Of a stretch of 64,000 bases of DNA, positions 47,673 through 56,667 are shown piece after piece. A program made the translations under genes and the position numbers. Positions within the stretch are counted from its first letter, which is position 1. Every line of letters starts with the position of its first letter. The notes below the pieces were generated by a model. The model was not told the origin of the DNA. It worked only from the letters and a program-made list of their open reading frames with translations, and made no database searches. Source of the stretch: an uncultured virus (IMG/VR IMGVR_UViG_3300042465_003390) (Duplodnaviria > Heunggongvirae > Uroviricota > Caudoviricetes); the IMG/VR virus record IMGVR_UViG_3300042465_003390. One strand, 5' to 3'.

Positions 47673-49718
47673 TTATTGTGTGGCGTTATAATCAACTATT
47701 CCGCCCTGAACTGCAGCAAGATACTGATCCTCCAGTTGCTTTATAGTTACCTGCAGGTCGCGAGGTACACGACTGTAATCTTTTGTTGTGACTTCCTGCC
47801 CAAAATCATTCACAGAAGTTACTGTTGCCTGATCTTCCGCAATGCCACTGAAGTAATCAAGTATGCCTTTGAGTTCGGCAGGGCTTTGCCTCCGTGATCT
47901 ACCACCGCCAGAAGCACGAGAACGCTGAAGCCCAGCCTGAGCATTAAGGAGCGTCAAGATGTCCTTGTCGTAGGCACTGCGGGCTTGCTGCATGGCACCA
48001 ATCCCTGCAAGCCCAGCCTCACCAATAGCGCCACCAATGGTGGGCTGATCAGAAGCCATCAGTGCCAGACCAGTCTGGGCAAGAGCCAGCCACTTGTCCG
48101 CCTGAGCAGACTTCTCACGCTCTTCAATCATGCTGGCAACACGGCTTTCAATGGAGCCAAGGGCACCACCACCACCACCACCGCCGCCGCCGCCATCTGG
48201 AATGGCAGAAGTGGTCGTTGTTAGGTCAGGCTGCGTTGCAGCATCGGTCGCTGCAGTGCCGAACGAAAGCGGAATCCCGTCAGGGCCCACATCGACAGTG
48301 CCAGTATCAAGCGATCCAAGGCCATATGACAGACCCTGATCCCGCGTGCGTGGTGCTTCAGCAGAAGAAGAAGAAGCAGCGGCGTCTTCGCCACCTTCTC
48401 CAAGTACTCTTTCCCTAAAGTCTTGACCAGCGATATCGGCCTGCTCCCTAGCCCCGACTACAAATGACTCAGCTCCGGGAATGTATGTTGCAATATTTGC
48501 AAGGGTATCGGCACCTAAACCATACAAACCAGCGGTGGCACCGACGCCATAATCCGCAGCGGTTTCACCCACATCAGAGAGAAGACCTGTGGCAGCGTCA
48601 ATGCCACGCTGACGTTCTTGAGCCACAGCCATTTCTTCTGGGGTCATTACGTTTTCTACGCCACGAAACTGATTGTATGCCCGAAGACCCTCTCCGGAAC
48701 GCATGTACTCAGTCTCAGCGCGAAGACGCTCCATGGGGCTCATGGGCTGCGAGCGATCAGGTGGCGTGTAGAACGATGGCTCTTCGCTGGGAACAGGGCT
48801 TCCTTCCGGCACTGGAGGATACAGTGGCTGCGGGGGGGACGCCAAGCCTCCAGACTCAGGTGCAGTGGGGTCTGGGGCAAAGCGAGGCTGCTCGTCAAGT
48901 GACGCTCTGTAGTTTGCGGATAGGTCGGCATCAGTAGGAAGCAAAGCATTCTCGGCTTGCCGTTGCATCATACGACGATACATCGCTTCATTTTCTGGAA
49001 CACCAGAAAGGTTCATTTGCTGCAAGAAGGACGAATATCCCTGTTCGCGATCAGCCTCCGAAACACCCGCTGGAAGAAAGTCTTCTACATTTGTGCTGAC
49101 CTGTGACAGCATGGGCTGTGTCGCATCAAACACATCGGTGCGAACCCCTTGGGGCTCACGACTTGCGAGCAGACGTTCGATGCTTCTGGCCCGCGTTTCT
49201 GGCGGAAGGGATGCAATGTACTCATCCACAGTCACACCCATGCGCTCTGCCATGGCTCGGACTGTAGGGTCGCTAGCAAGGACGCTGGAAAAGTTTTGTT
49301 GCGAGTATCCCACCAACGATTGGCTGTCTGGGAACCCACCAACCTGCATCTTCCGCACATACCCACCGTCGTACATGCCCTGCACTGGCATCTCTTGAGG
49401 CTGTGGCGCACGGGTCGCCTCGGCCTGCATCATATCATTGACGCCAGTATCTTGTGCAATTGCACTTCTCGGGGCCATTGCCTGAGAGATACCCATGATG
49501 CCTTCCTGCGGCATGCCCGCCGCAGTGACGGCCTCTTCAGCCACGGTCTGCATGCCCTGTGCCTGCTGACGCTGATACTCATCGCGCATCCGCTTGCGGC
49601 GTTTTAGTTCACTCAAGACAAGGAACTGAGGCGCAGTGCCAGTCGGCATCTGCATTTCCTGCATCAAAGACTGTTCAGGCAAATCCTTCAGACGTTCCTG
49701 TAGATCGATGATGTTCAT
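47673..49718 (-). CDS. Putative internal virion (ejection) protein
   Basis: Low complexity; P.FLVLSELKRR N-terminus; LAL...GLA.MA...IG.AG..G C-terminal segment; located next to the giant protein. Confidence 0.6.
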   Translation of the reverse strand: MNIIDLQERLKDLPEQSLMQEMQMPTGTAPQFLVLSELKRRKRMRDEYQRQQAQGMQTVAEEAVTAAGMPQEGIMGISQAMAPRSAIAQDTGVNDMMQAEATRAPQPQEMPVQGMYDGGYVRKMQVGGFPDSQSLVGYSQQNFSSVLASDPTVRAMAERMGVTVDEYIASLPPETRARSIERLLASREPQGVRTDVFDATQPMLSQVSTNVEDFLPAGVSEADREQGYSSFLQQMNLSGVPENEAMYRRMMQRQAENALLPTDADLSANYRASLDEQPRFAPDPTAPESGGLASPPQPLYPPVPEGSPVPSEEPSFYTPPDRSQPMSPMERLRAETEYMRSGEGLRAYNQFRGVENVMTPEEMAVAQERQRGIDAATGLLSDVGETAADYGVGATAGLYGLGADTLANIATYIPGAESFVVGAREQADIAGQDFRERVLGEGGEDAAASSSSAEAPRTRDQGLSYGLGSLDTGTVDVGPDGIPLSFGTAATDAATQPDLTTTTSAIPDGGGGGGGGGGALGSIESRVASMIEEREKSAQADKWLALAQTGLALMASDQPTIGGAIGEAGLAGIGAMQQARSAYDKDILTLLNAQAGLQRSRASGGGRSRRQSPAELKGILDYFSGIAEDQATVTSVNDFGQEVTTKDYSRVPRDLQVTIKQLEDQYLAAVQGGIVDYNATQ

Positions 49719-51664
49719 GCTGTCAGCCCTCTATAAAGTCCAAGCGCCGAAATCCCAGCGCCCAGCGCCTGCTGGATAGGATTGTACGAAGCAAAACGCT
49801 GCTCTTCCACATTCGGCGTAACGGGAATGCCGCGCATAAAATTACCAAAGCGTTCATACATGCTCATCGGGTAGTCCCGCTGGCGCACAAAGTCCTCATA
49901 TGCCATGTCCAAACGCGCCTGATCTTCCGCCCTGATATCGCGGCCAATCGTTTCAAGAAGCTGCGCGCCCTGAATGTCGGCTGCCCGTTGACGTTCTCCA
50001 AGGCCAGCAAGGCCAGCGCCAAGTCCAGCAAGCTGTCCGGCACCACTGCCCATCGCCTGATACGCAGCAAGACCTTGGCCTGCACCGAACTGACGCGACA
50101 TCTCTCGTGCTTGCTGAATCCTAGCTAACTCTGAGGCCTCAGCAGCCTGAATACGCGCTGCTTCATCAACAGATATACCTTGAACTCTAGCGAGTTCTCT
50201 TGCCTGAGAATCCTGAATGCGCGCAACTTCACTGGCAGTAAGAGTTTGTGCCCTTCCACGTTCGCCAACGCGACCAGACTGAATACGCGCCATCTCCCCA
50301 GCTTCGGCACCCTGAGTTCGACCCATCTCCGATCTCATAAAGTCATCAAGGCGAGCTTGCTCTGATGCACGGGCTCCCTGAACGCGAGCCATTTCTTGCT
50401 GCATGACTGCATCCATGCGGGCGTTTTCTGCGGCCTGAGCCCCTTGAACGCGACCCATTTCGGATGCCTTGCCAGCCTGAATGCGTGCCAAGTCTTGGTA
50501 CTTGGACGCTTGAACACGCGCTGCCTCTGCGGCAGCCTGATCTCCGGAGCGAGCAAACTCGGCAGCTTGAGCCTGCTCACGAGAAGCCAATTCTGTATAG
50601 CGTGCTTGATCAACACGCGCTTGCTCAGCCGCTTGACCAGCTTGAACTCTAGCAAACTCACCAGCCTGTGCACGCTCTGTCTCCATGCGAGCAGCACGAT
50701 CAAGGCCGAACTGTTGAGCTGCCTGTTCAAATGCAGCCTGAGAGCCACGAGCCTGAATGTCACCCATCTGGCGACCAAGAGCTTCCTCGGCAAGCGCCTC
50801 CTGTACAGCCTGACGCGAACCACCGAATGCCCCGGCTTGGACGGCTTGAGCTGCGCGGGAAGAACCCTGCCGCTCAAACTCCAACTGAGCCTGACGCTGC
50901 TGTTGATCTACAACGGACTGCATGTACGGAGACATGTACTGCCCTACGGCAGAACCCGTAAAGCGTTCGGGCTCCTGATACTGAAAGCCCTCAAACTGAT
51001 AGTCAGGGCGGAACTCAAAGTTGCTAAACTCCGCAGGCCCACGGAACTGATACTGATCAAATTCTCCGAAAGGCGTGAACTCGGCTTCCCTAAATCCTTC
51101 GTACCGCGTTGGGTTAAAGGCTTGGAACTCATCCATCATGGATGTCGCTTGCGCTTGCTCAAACCCAGAGTACGGCGTGAACTCGTCGGCAAAGTCACGA
51201 GTGTCCGCAGCCTGAAACCCAGCATAAGGGCTTACTTGAGTTTGTGCAAACCCGGTGTATGGATCAAACTGGCCAGTCTCATAATCGGCCAAGCCACGCA
51301 GACCTTGGATGGCTTCGTCCTGATACCCCATACCACGACGCGCGGCACCCATAGCCTCCGGCATTCCAGCAATGCCAGACTCAGCAATGCCGCGCACCAT
51401 TGCACGGGAGCCCATGATGTCGCCGTACATGGCAGACGGAGCGATGCGCTCGCCCTGATACTCACGATAAGTAGTGTCGTAAATTTCCTGCCCAGTATTG
51501 GGATCAATTGCAATATTACCAGTGTTAGGATCGATACGCGGCTGAAACGGCATCATTGTCTCTTCAGCGCCCTGAAGCAGGCGACGGAAGTACGGATCAG
51601 CGTATTCAGGTAGACTCGTCTGCCGTACCGTTGAATCTCCCGGTGCCTGCTTGCCCTTGCCCAT
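49715..51664 (-). CDS. Putative DNA pilot/ejection protein with 11-residue repeats
   Basis: YMSPYMQ.VVD, AGAFGGSR, hendecad E-x-A-R-x-Q repeats, C-terminal G-rich hydrophobic segment. Confidence 0.7.
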   Translation of the reverse strand: MGKGKQAPGDSTVRQTSLPEYADPYFRRLLQGAEETMMPFQPRIDPNTGNIAIDPNTGQEIYDTTYREYQGERIAPSAMYGDIMGSRAMVRGIAESGIAGMPEAMGAARRGMGYQDEAIQGLRGLADYETGQFDPYTGFAQTQVSPYAGFQAADTRDFADEFTPYSGFEQAQATSMMDEFQAFNPTRYEGFREAEFTPFGEFDQYQFRGPAEFSNFEFRPDYQFEGFQYQEPERFTGSAVGQYMSPYMQSVVDQQQRQAQLEFERQGSSRAAQAVQAGAFGGSRQAVQEALAEEALGRQMGDIQARGSQAAFEQAAQQFGLDRAARMETERAQAGEFARVQAGQAAEQARVDQARYTELASREQAQAAEFARSGDQAAAEAARVQASKYQDLARIQAGKASEMGRVQGAQAAENARMDAVMQQEMARVQGARASEQARLDDFMRSEMGRTQGAEAGEMARIQSGRVGERGRAQTLTASEVARIQDSQARELARVQGISVDEAARIQAAEASELARIQQAREMSRQFGAGQGLAAYQAMGSGAGQLAGLGAGLAGLGERQRAADIQGAQLLETIGRDIRAEDQARLDMAYEDFVRQRDYPMSMYERFGNFMRGIPVTPNVEEQRFASYNPIQQALGAGISALGLYRGLTA

Positions 51665-52082
51665 CGCTCAACTCCATTCGGTAGGCTGTGTATTCTGGAT
51701 AGAAATTGTACTTCTCCAAGAACCTACCCCAGCCTTTTCTACCATATCCTTCGAGGTGTTCACACCCCAGTTCATCCGCGTATCGCTTCATGGTGTCGAT
51801 CATTTGATCGGCCCATTCCTTCATGCGGGTGCCACCAACCCAATCCAAGGCTAGTGCCCTTCGCTGCGGGTACACAATCAGTCGTGTGGTGAATGCAGCA
51901 ACTATGTTGTTGTCATCATCCAGCACGACCCAAAGAGCGTATGTCCCATCAAACACGCCATCTAAAATGTCGATAACATCGGACTTGTTTTTGACGGTCT
52001 CTACGCTCTTCTTTAATACCCGATCAACATCCCTCCATACCATTCTCACCGCGTCTTGCGGCACCGAACTTATTCTCAGCAC
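51606..52082 (-). CDS. GNAT-like protein in the ejection module
   Basis: YP....L....VGG..M..W......YA...GC...EG.GRKGW. Confidence 0.6.
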   Translation of the reverse strand: MLRISSVPQDAVRMVWRDVDRVLKKSVETVKNKSDVIDILDGVFDGTYALWVVLDDDNNIVAAFTTRLIVYPQRRALALDWVGGTRMKEWADQMIDTMKRYADELGCEHLEGYGRKGWGRFLEKYNFYPEYTAYRMELSDGQGQAGTGRFNGTADEST

Positions 52083-53228
52083 TTATCCCACCATTGCTTC
52101 GAGTTTCCTTGGAGCATCATCTTCCGAACGATTTACAATATCAAGGAAGCCACCACCGTATGCTTTCTCCAGAGCATCGGCGGTCTTCTTCCTCAAAACA
52201 AACTCTCCGTCAGATAGTAGCACGTCCTGCTCACCTTCGAGTGTGGCTGGCACCATGTCGTCTACGCCGGAACCGTCGCCGGGGCCGCGAACAATGCCCT
52301 TCTCGCCTTCAGCAAAACGCTCGACAGTATCGTCAAGTTCACCAGATTGAACGCGCTCAACGAGATCGCGCAGGGCGTCCTCTCCGTATTTCTGAACAAA
52401 CATTCCCAAAACGATTTCGGGCCTGTCAGATGCGCCCTTGATGGCGCGAATAGCTTCGACGATAACATCCTTTTCATTCATGCCGTTGGATGCCATTTCG
52501 TCTTCTACATCGACTTCAACATCCCCACCTTCTTGCATACGACGCAGGCTAAGGATGCCACCGCCAGAATAGTAGTACGGATATTGTGGAGTGTATCCGG
52601 GAGGTGCCGGAGGTCTTTGATACTGGAAGTAAAGCCCTTCGCCACCGCCACTTGCGAACGGGTCTGGGTTGTATGTCGCCCGCATGGGCCTTGGCATTGG
52701 CGGCTTTCCAGCTTCTTCTTTTTCTTTTTTCTTACGCTCTGCATCGCTGGCTTGTCTTTGAGCCATGCTCATGTCGGACATGGTCTGCCCAATCATGCCA
52801 GCCTGAAACACGCCCGGAGCAAATGCTCCAGCCGCTGCCTGCTGCATACCGGGCGACGAGAAGAGGTTTCCAAGAATGCCCCTGCCAGCCGTTCCAGCCG
52901 CAGCTCCACTAGCGGCGGGCGCTGCTTGCAAGAATCGAGGCGTAGGAAGGTTACCGATTGCAGTCTCCGTCATAGGCGCATTGGCAGCGCCTGATCCTCC
53001 GGTAATTCCACCAAGGACTTTTCCACCAAGGAAAGACGTTAGGCCAGTCTTGATGCCCTCTCCAAGGTCTCCCGTTTGAATAAACGATCCAAGGCCAGCA
53101 CCCAGACCAGCAAGACCTGCCGTGCCAACAGTTCCGGCTAGCGTTGTAAGGAAGGGTATAGACCCGGATGCAGCAAGCGCAGGCAGACCCAGCGACATAA
53201 GGAGTGGCAAAACCATGGCGTACCTCAA
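52083..53228 (-). CDS. Putative internal virion protein
   Basis: G/A-rich hydrophobic N-terminus; GPGDG..D..PA...LSDGEFV motif. Confidence 0.65.
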   Translation of the reverse strand: MRYAMVLPLLMSLGLPALAASGSIPFLTTLAGTVGTAGLAGLGAGLGSFIQTGDLGEGIKTGLTSFLGGKVLGGITGGSGAANAPMTETAIGNLPTPRFLQAAPAASGAAAGTAGRGILGNLFSSPGMQQAAAGAFAPGVFQAGMIGQTMSDMSMAQRQASDAERKKKEKEEAGKPPMPRPMRATYNPDPFASGGGEGLYFQYQRPPAPPGYTPQYPYYYSGGGILSLRRMQEGGDVEVDVEDEMASNGMNEKDVIVEAIRAIKGASDRPEIVLGMFVQKYGEDALRDLVERVQSGELDDTVERFAEGEKGIVRGPGDGSGVDDMVPATLEGEQDVLLSDGEFVLRKKTADALEKAYGGGFLDIVNRSEDDAPRKLEAMVG

Positions 53229-53269
53229 CGTTTGGCAGATATTAGCACCAAGGTGCCAACATTAAAAGT

Positions 53270-54157
53270 TCATTTGAACCTTTGTTGTTTGGGCGCTTTG
53301 CTGAACAGCTTCTCCATAGTCCTTGGGCCAACGATGCCATCAGCCGTTAGCCCATTGGCAGCCTGCCACTTCTTAACGGCAGCTTCTGTTCCGGGCCCAA
53401 AGTCTCCGTCAGATTTGATGCCAAGCGCAGCCTGCATCTTCTTGACAGCATCCCCCTTTGAGCCCTTGCGTAGAGTTCCAACAGGGGCCGCTGGAGCGGC
53501 GGCAGGAGCGGGCGCAGTGACGGCCCCGCCCATAGCTGCCATGGCCTTGGCATAGCGTGCCTGACGATCTGCGAGGCCAATGTCGCCGCCGTTGATGATT
53601 TTGGTGAGACGTGTCACGTCGCCTGTGTCCGCAACGTCATTTAGGTTGCGGCTGCCCCAGAACCACAGCGCGCTCTCAAGTGCACCCTTCTTGGTTAAAA
53701 GATACTCAGCAGCTTCTTCAGCAGTCATGCCAACGGTCTTGCCGAATGCGGTCGTATTCGCACGGCCAGTAACTTGTTTCAGACCTTTTCCTCTGAATAA
53801 AAAACCATCCCCCTCTTTTTGGTTGCCTAAAGCACCAGCCTTGGAGCGGTTCTTATCCATGTAGACATAGTTGGCGATCTTCTCAGGCTTGCCTGCATAC
53901 TCGGCGGCGTTCTCTTTGCCGGGGCCAAAGTATCGCGGGAACACGCGCAGGAGTGTGGCCTCCCTGTAGTTCAGGTTCTCTTCCAACACGCGGAAGTCCA
54001 TGCTCTCATGGGCGCACTGGCTGACAAAGCTGGCAATGCGCTTGTCGGTGGTGATGCCATACTTCGGCAACATCTCATTCAATGCTTCACACCACTCCTC
54101 GACCTCCTTGTTAGTCGGAATCATGGCGCGCAGTTGATCTACGGTTAGCAGGGTCAT
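53270..54157 (-). CDS. Endolysin: GH19 lysozyme/chitinase + peptidoglycan-binding domain
   Basis: QCAHES...EENLNY, GDG..FRG.GL.QVTGR.N, TK.INGG..GL.DR; LRKGSKG.AV...DG.FGP.T...DGIVGP.T. Confidence 0.9.
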   Translation of the reverse strand: MTLLTVDQLRAMIPTNKEVEEWCEALNEMLPKYGITTDKRIASFVSQCAHESMDFRVLEENLNYREATLLRVFPRYFGPGKENAAEYAGKPEKIANYVYMDKNRSKAGALGNQKEGDGFLFRGKGLKQVTGRANTTAFGKTVGMTAEEAAEYLLTKKGALESALWFWGSRNLNDVADTGDVTRLTKIINGGDIGLADRQARYAKAMAAMGGAVTAPAPAAAPAAPVGTLRKGSKGDAVKKMQAALGIKSDGDFGPGTEAAVKKWQAANGLTADGIVGPRTMEKLFSKAPKQQRFK

Positions 54158-54166
54158 CTACGGCTC

Positions 54167-54580
54167 CTATTCACACCACGGCTGCTTGGCGTCTCCCTTG
54201 TAGGGTCGAGCCAAGCCTGCAGCTATTAGCATTTCGGAAAGGCTCTGGTGGTCAAGGTATACCTCACCCAGCACACGGCCACCATACTTGTCCCACTTGA
54301 GGATCACGACCTCCTTCTCGAGGGCGTTGGCTACGGCGTTCTTGGTGAACTTGGTGGCAGCCTGCGCCTTGGCAGCCTCTGCGTCACACTGTGCTCTAGG
54401 TGCCTTCTCGGGGGTGTCGATACCAATTACTCGGATCGACAGTTTCTGAGGCAGAGGCTCTGGCAGGAAGTCCACCGCGATCTCCACCGTGTCTCCGTCG
54501 ATCACGCGAGTGATCTCATAGGCATCAGCGACTGAAGCCACCGCCGCAAACGAGAGACTCGAGAGCAGGAGCTTCATCAT
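54167..54580 (-). CDS. Thermonuclease (SNase-like) with signal peptide
   Basis: RVIDGDT, IR..GIDTPE, DKYGGRVL; hydrophobic N-terminus ending ADA. Confidence 0.88.
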   Translation of the reverse strand: MMKLLLSSLSFAAVASVADAYEITRVIDGDTVEIAVDFLPEPLPQKLSIRVIGIDTPEKAPRAQCDAEAAKAQAATKFTKNAVANALEKEVVILKWDKYGGRVLGEVYLDHQSLSEMLIAAGLARPYKGDAKQPWCE

Positions 54581-54804
54581 TTCTTTGGTCTCTTGATCGG
54601 CACCTTCTTAGTGATGGTTTCCAGCACAGCCTCTTGCGCCATGTCTTTGCCCATACCGCCGAGCAGGTCACCGACGTTTCCAGTGGCTGCAGCCTTGATC
54701 GCGTTCTCCACCGGGTCAGGCAGGTTTACCTTGTCCAAGACCACGTCAACAGCCTTCTCTTTGAGCTTGCGCCCCATGAACATCCCAATAAGTTTGCCAA
54801 TCAT
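54577..54804 (-). CDS. Small lysis-region protein
   Basis: Coupled ORF. Confidence 0.55.
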   Translation of the reverse strand: MIGKLIGMFMGRKLKEKAVDVVLDKVNLPDPVENAIKAAATGNVGDLLGGMGKDMAQEAVLETITKKVPIKRPKK

Positions 54805-55082
54805 TCTGTGTACTCCTGTGTCGGCGGCTCGTCGTTGCCACCACGGTTTCGGTTGTTGCCAGCGGCCATCACGCCGCCGAGCGCCCCAACGATGAACGAG
54901 GCAATGGGTGTTAGAAGTTCAAAGAACTTGCGGTCATTCTCGCTTGAATCGCCGAGCGGCTGGGTCACGAAGACCAGCGAATAGAGAATGACAAAGATGG
55001 TGCCGCCAAGGATCACGGTCAGTGCCACGCCAATGAAGTAACGCAGCTTCGCTTCCATAAAGTCAGGATCGTTCTTGCTCAT
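54801..55082 (-). CDS. Putative holin (2 TM helices)
   Basis: Two hydrophobic helices and a charged C-terminus; upstream of the endolysin. Confidence 0.55.
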   Translation of the reverse strand: MSKNDPDFMEAKLRYFIGVALTVILGGTIFVILYSLVFVTQPLGDSSENDRKFFELLTPIASFIVGALGGVMAAGNNRNRGGNDEPPTQEYTE

Positions 55083-55264
55083 TGCGAGTCTCCCGTCAGG
55101 TCAGTGGCGCACATGCCAGTGCGGAGGCAAATCGGTGGTGTGCATTCAAGCGCAGCCCAGTTAACGGGGTCTTGGCAGGGATAGCGATAAAACCCGTCTC
55201 CGCTAAACCAGAAGATTGCCGCAATAGCGGCAGCGAATAGGCCCCAGACAATCTTCTCAATCAT
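55079..55264 (-). CDS. Small membrane protein with Cys-rich C-terminus
   Basis: TM helix + YRYPCQDP.NW...C.PP.C...G.C. Confidence 0.6.
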   Translation of the reverse strand: MIEKIVWGLFAAAIAAIFWFSGDGFYRYPCQDPVNWAALECTPPICLRTGMCATDLTGDSQ

Positions 55265-55273
55265 GTTGCCACC

Positions 55274-55483
55274 TCACCCCATTTTAAAGAGTATTCCCAT
55301 GAGCATGACGATGATTGTCCCAGCAGTGCCAACAAGAATGCCTTCCAGCCGTTTTGTTCTATTGAACAATTCTTTGAACTGGATGCGAACCTCAGTTTTT
55401 ATGGACGACACATCGCGCTCCAATTGTCCAACTCGTGGCTCAATCAGATCAAGGCGCTTGTTGACAGATTCTTCTGTGGACAT
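55274..55483 (-). CDS. Small coiled-coil + TM protein (lysis region)
   Basis: Coiled coil followed by a C-terminal TM helix. Confidence 0.55.
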   Translation of the reverse strand: MSTEESVNKRLDLIEPRVGQLERDVSSIKTEVRIQFKELFNRTKRLEGILVGTAGTIIVMLMGILFKMG

Positions 55484-55506
55484 TCGGTGACTCCGCTCTG
55501 CGCAAC

Positions 55507-56337
55507 TTACTGAGGTGACATGAAACGATTACGCATGCTCATAAGGCCGCCCATGCTAGGCTTTGTGCCAGAAAAACCGGGCAATGGTCTATTGTTTACT
55601 TGGCTTGGCAGAGGCATAGGCCGTGGCGTCTGAGGCTGCACCGTTCCACCGCCCTTGCCCGCACTCATTCTGGACAGTATTGACGCAACTTCATTTGGGC
55701 CGACTTGTGGCGGAGTCTGTGGAAGCATGCCTTGCGCCATCTCGTTGATGCGTTGGCGCTCAGCCACGCTCATCATCTCCATGGGGCGATCCATCAGGCG
55801 CTGAGAACCACCAAGGCGCGAGTAGTTCTGAGCTGCGTACTGGAATGCAGGGCTTACATTGGGATTCTGCTGCATTGGCAAGCTACCAAGACCCTGCTGA
55901 TACGGCATCATCTGATACGGAACCTGCCCAGCGCCACGCTGAGATTCAAAAATACGCAGAGCCTCACGGCGCATCTCTGGTGTAACCTGAGGCGGTGGCG
56001 GCGGAGTTACTGGGCCCGGTGTGATGGGCATCGTGGTAATTGGCGGCTCAACTGGCAACGTGGCACGGGGCGGCGGATTGTCAGTCATGTCACGTCTTCC
56101 GGGATCGCGATCAGCTTGTCCCCGATTACGTTCCATCGTCGCTGCAGTGCGAGATTGGAAGTCCCGGATTTGACCTTGAGTGTAGCCTCTGTTCGAAAGG
56201 TTCGAGGCTTGCTTGTCTCGCGATGCAAACGGGCCCGCTGCAAACCCCATGGCTACGTCTCTGGCAATGCCCTGACCCACGCCGCGAATACCCTCTCCGG
56301 GTGCACTTCTTTCACTTCTGTCTCGGCCCAGTCCCAT
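55507..56337 (-). CDS. Pro/Gln/Met-rich low-complexity protein
   Basis: 276 aa with an RBS; likely disordered. Confidence 0.6.
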   Translation of the reverse strand: MGLGRDRSERSAPGEGIRGVGQGIARDVAMGFAAGPFASRDKQASNLSNRGYTQGQIRDFQSRTAATMERNRGQADRDPGRRDMTDNPPPRATLPVEPPITTMPITPGPVTPPPPPQVTPEMRREALRIFESQRGAGQVPYQMMPYQQGLGSLPMQQNPNVSPAFQYAAQNYSRLGGSQRLMDRPMEMMSVAERQRINEMAQGMLPQTPPQVGPNEVASILSRMSAGKGGGTVQPQTPRPMPLPSQVNNRPLPGFSGTKPSMGGLMSMRNRFMSPQ

Positions 56338-56367
56338 AATGTTCTTCCTCTTCCGGCGTCAACCTGA

Positions 56368-56667
56368 CTATGTCGTTGTCACGGTAACGGAGCCGACAAG
56401 GCCAGTGCCAGACGACCCACGAACGTGTGGTGTGTTTTCCTCAGTGATCTTAACATAACCACCGTGGTTAAATATAGCCCCGGTTTCCAAGCCAGAATCA
56501 TCGGTCTGGAGATTGGTGAAAACAGTAAATGTATTCCGTCCCTCGCCGGGATTGCGCGCCTGATCCAGATACAATGAGAACGCGCGGATGACCTCGTTAA
56601 AGTACTTCTGATCGTACTCTTTCGGAGGAATTGGAAAGTATGGCGCTGGTACAAGCCTGTTCGACAT
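56368..56667 (-). CDS. Putative tail-associated protein
   Basis: PP.EYD..YF N-terminus; coupled to tail tube B. Confidence 0.6.
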   Translation of the reverse strand: MSNRLVPAPYFPIPPKEYDQKYFNEVIRAFSLYLDQARNPGEGRNTFTVFTNLQTDDSGLETGAIFNHGGYVKITEENTPHVRGSSGTGLVGSVTVTTT

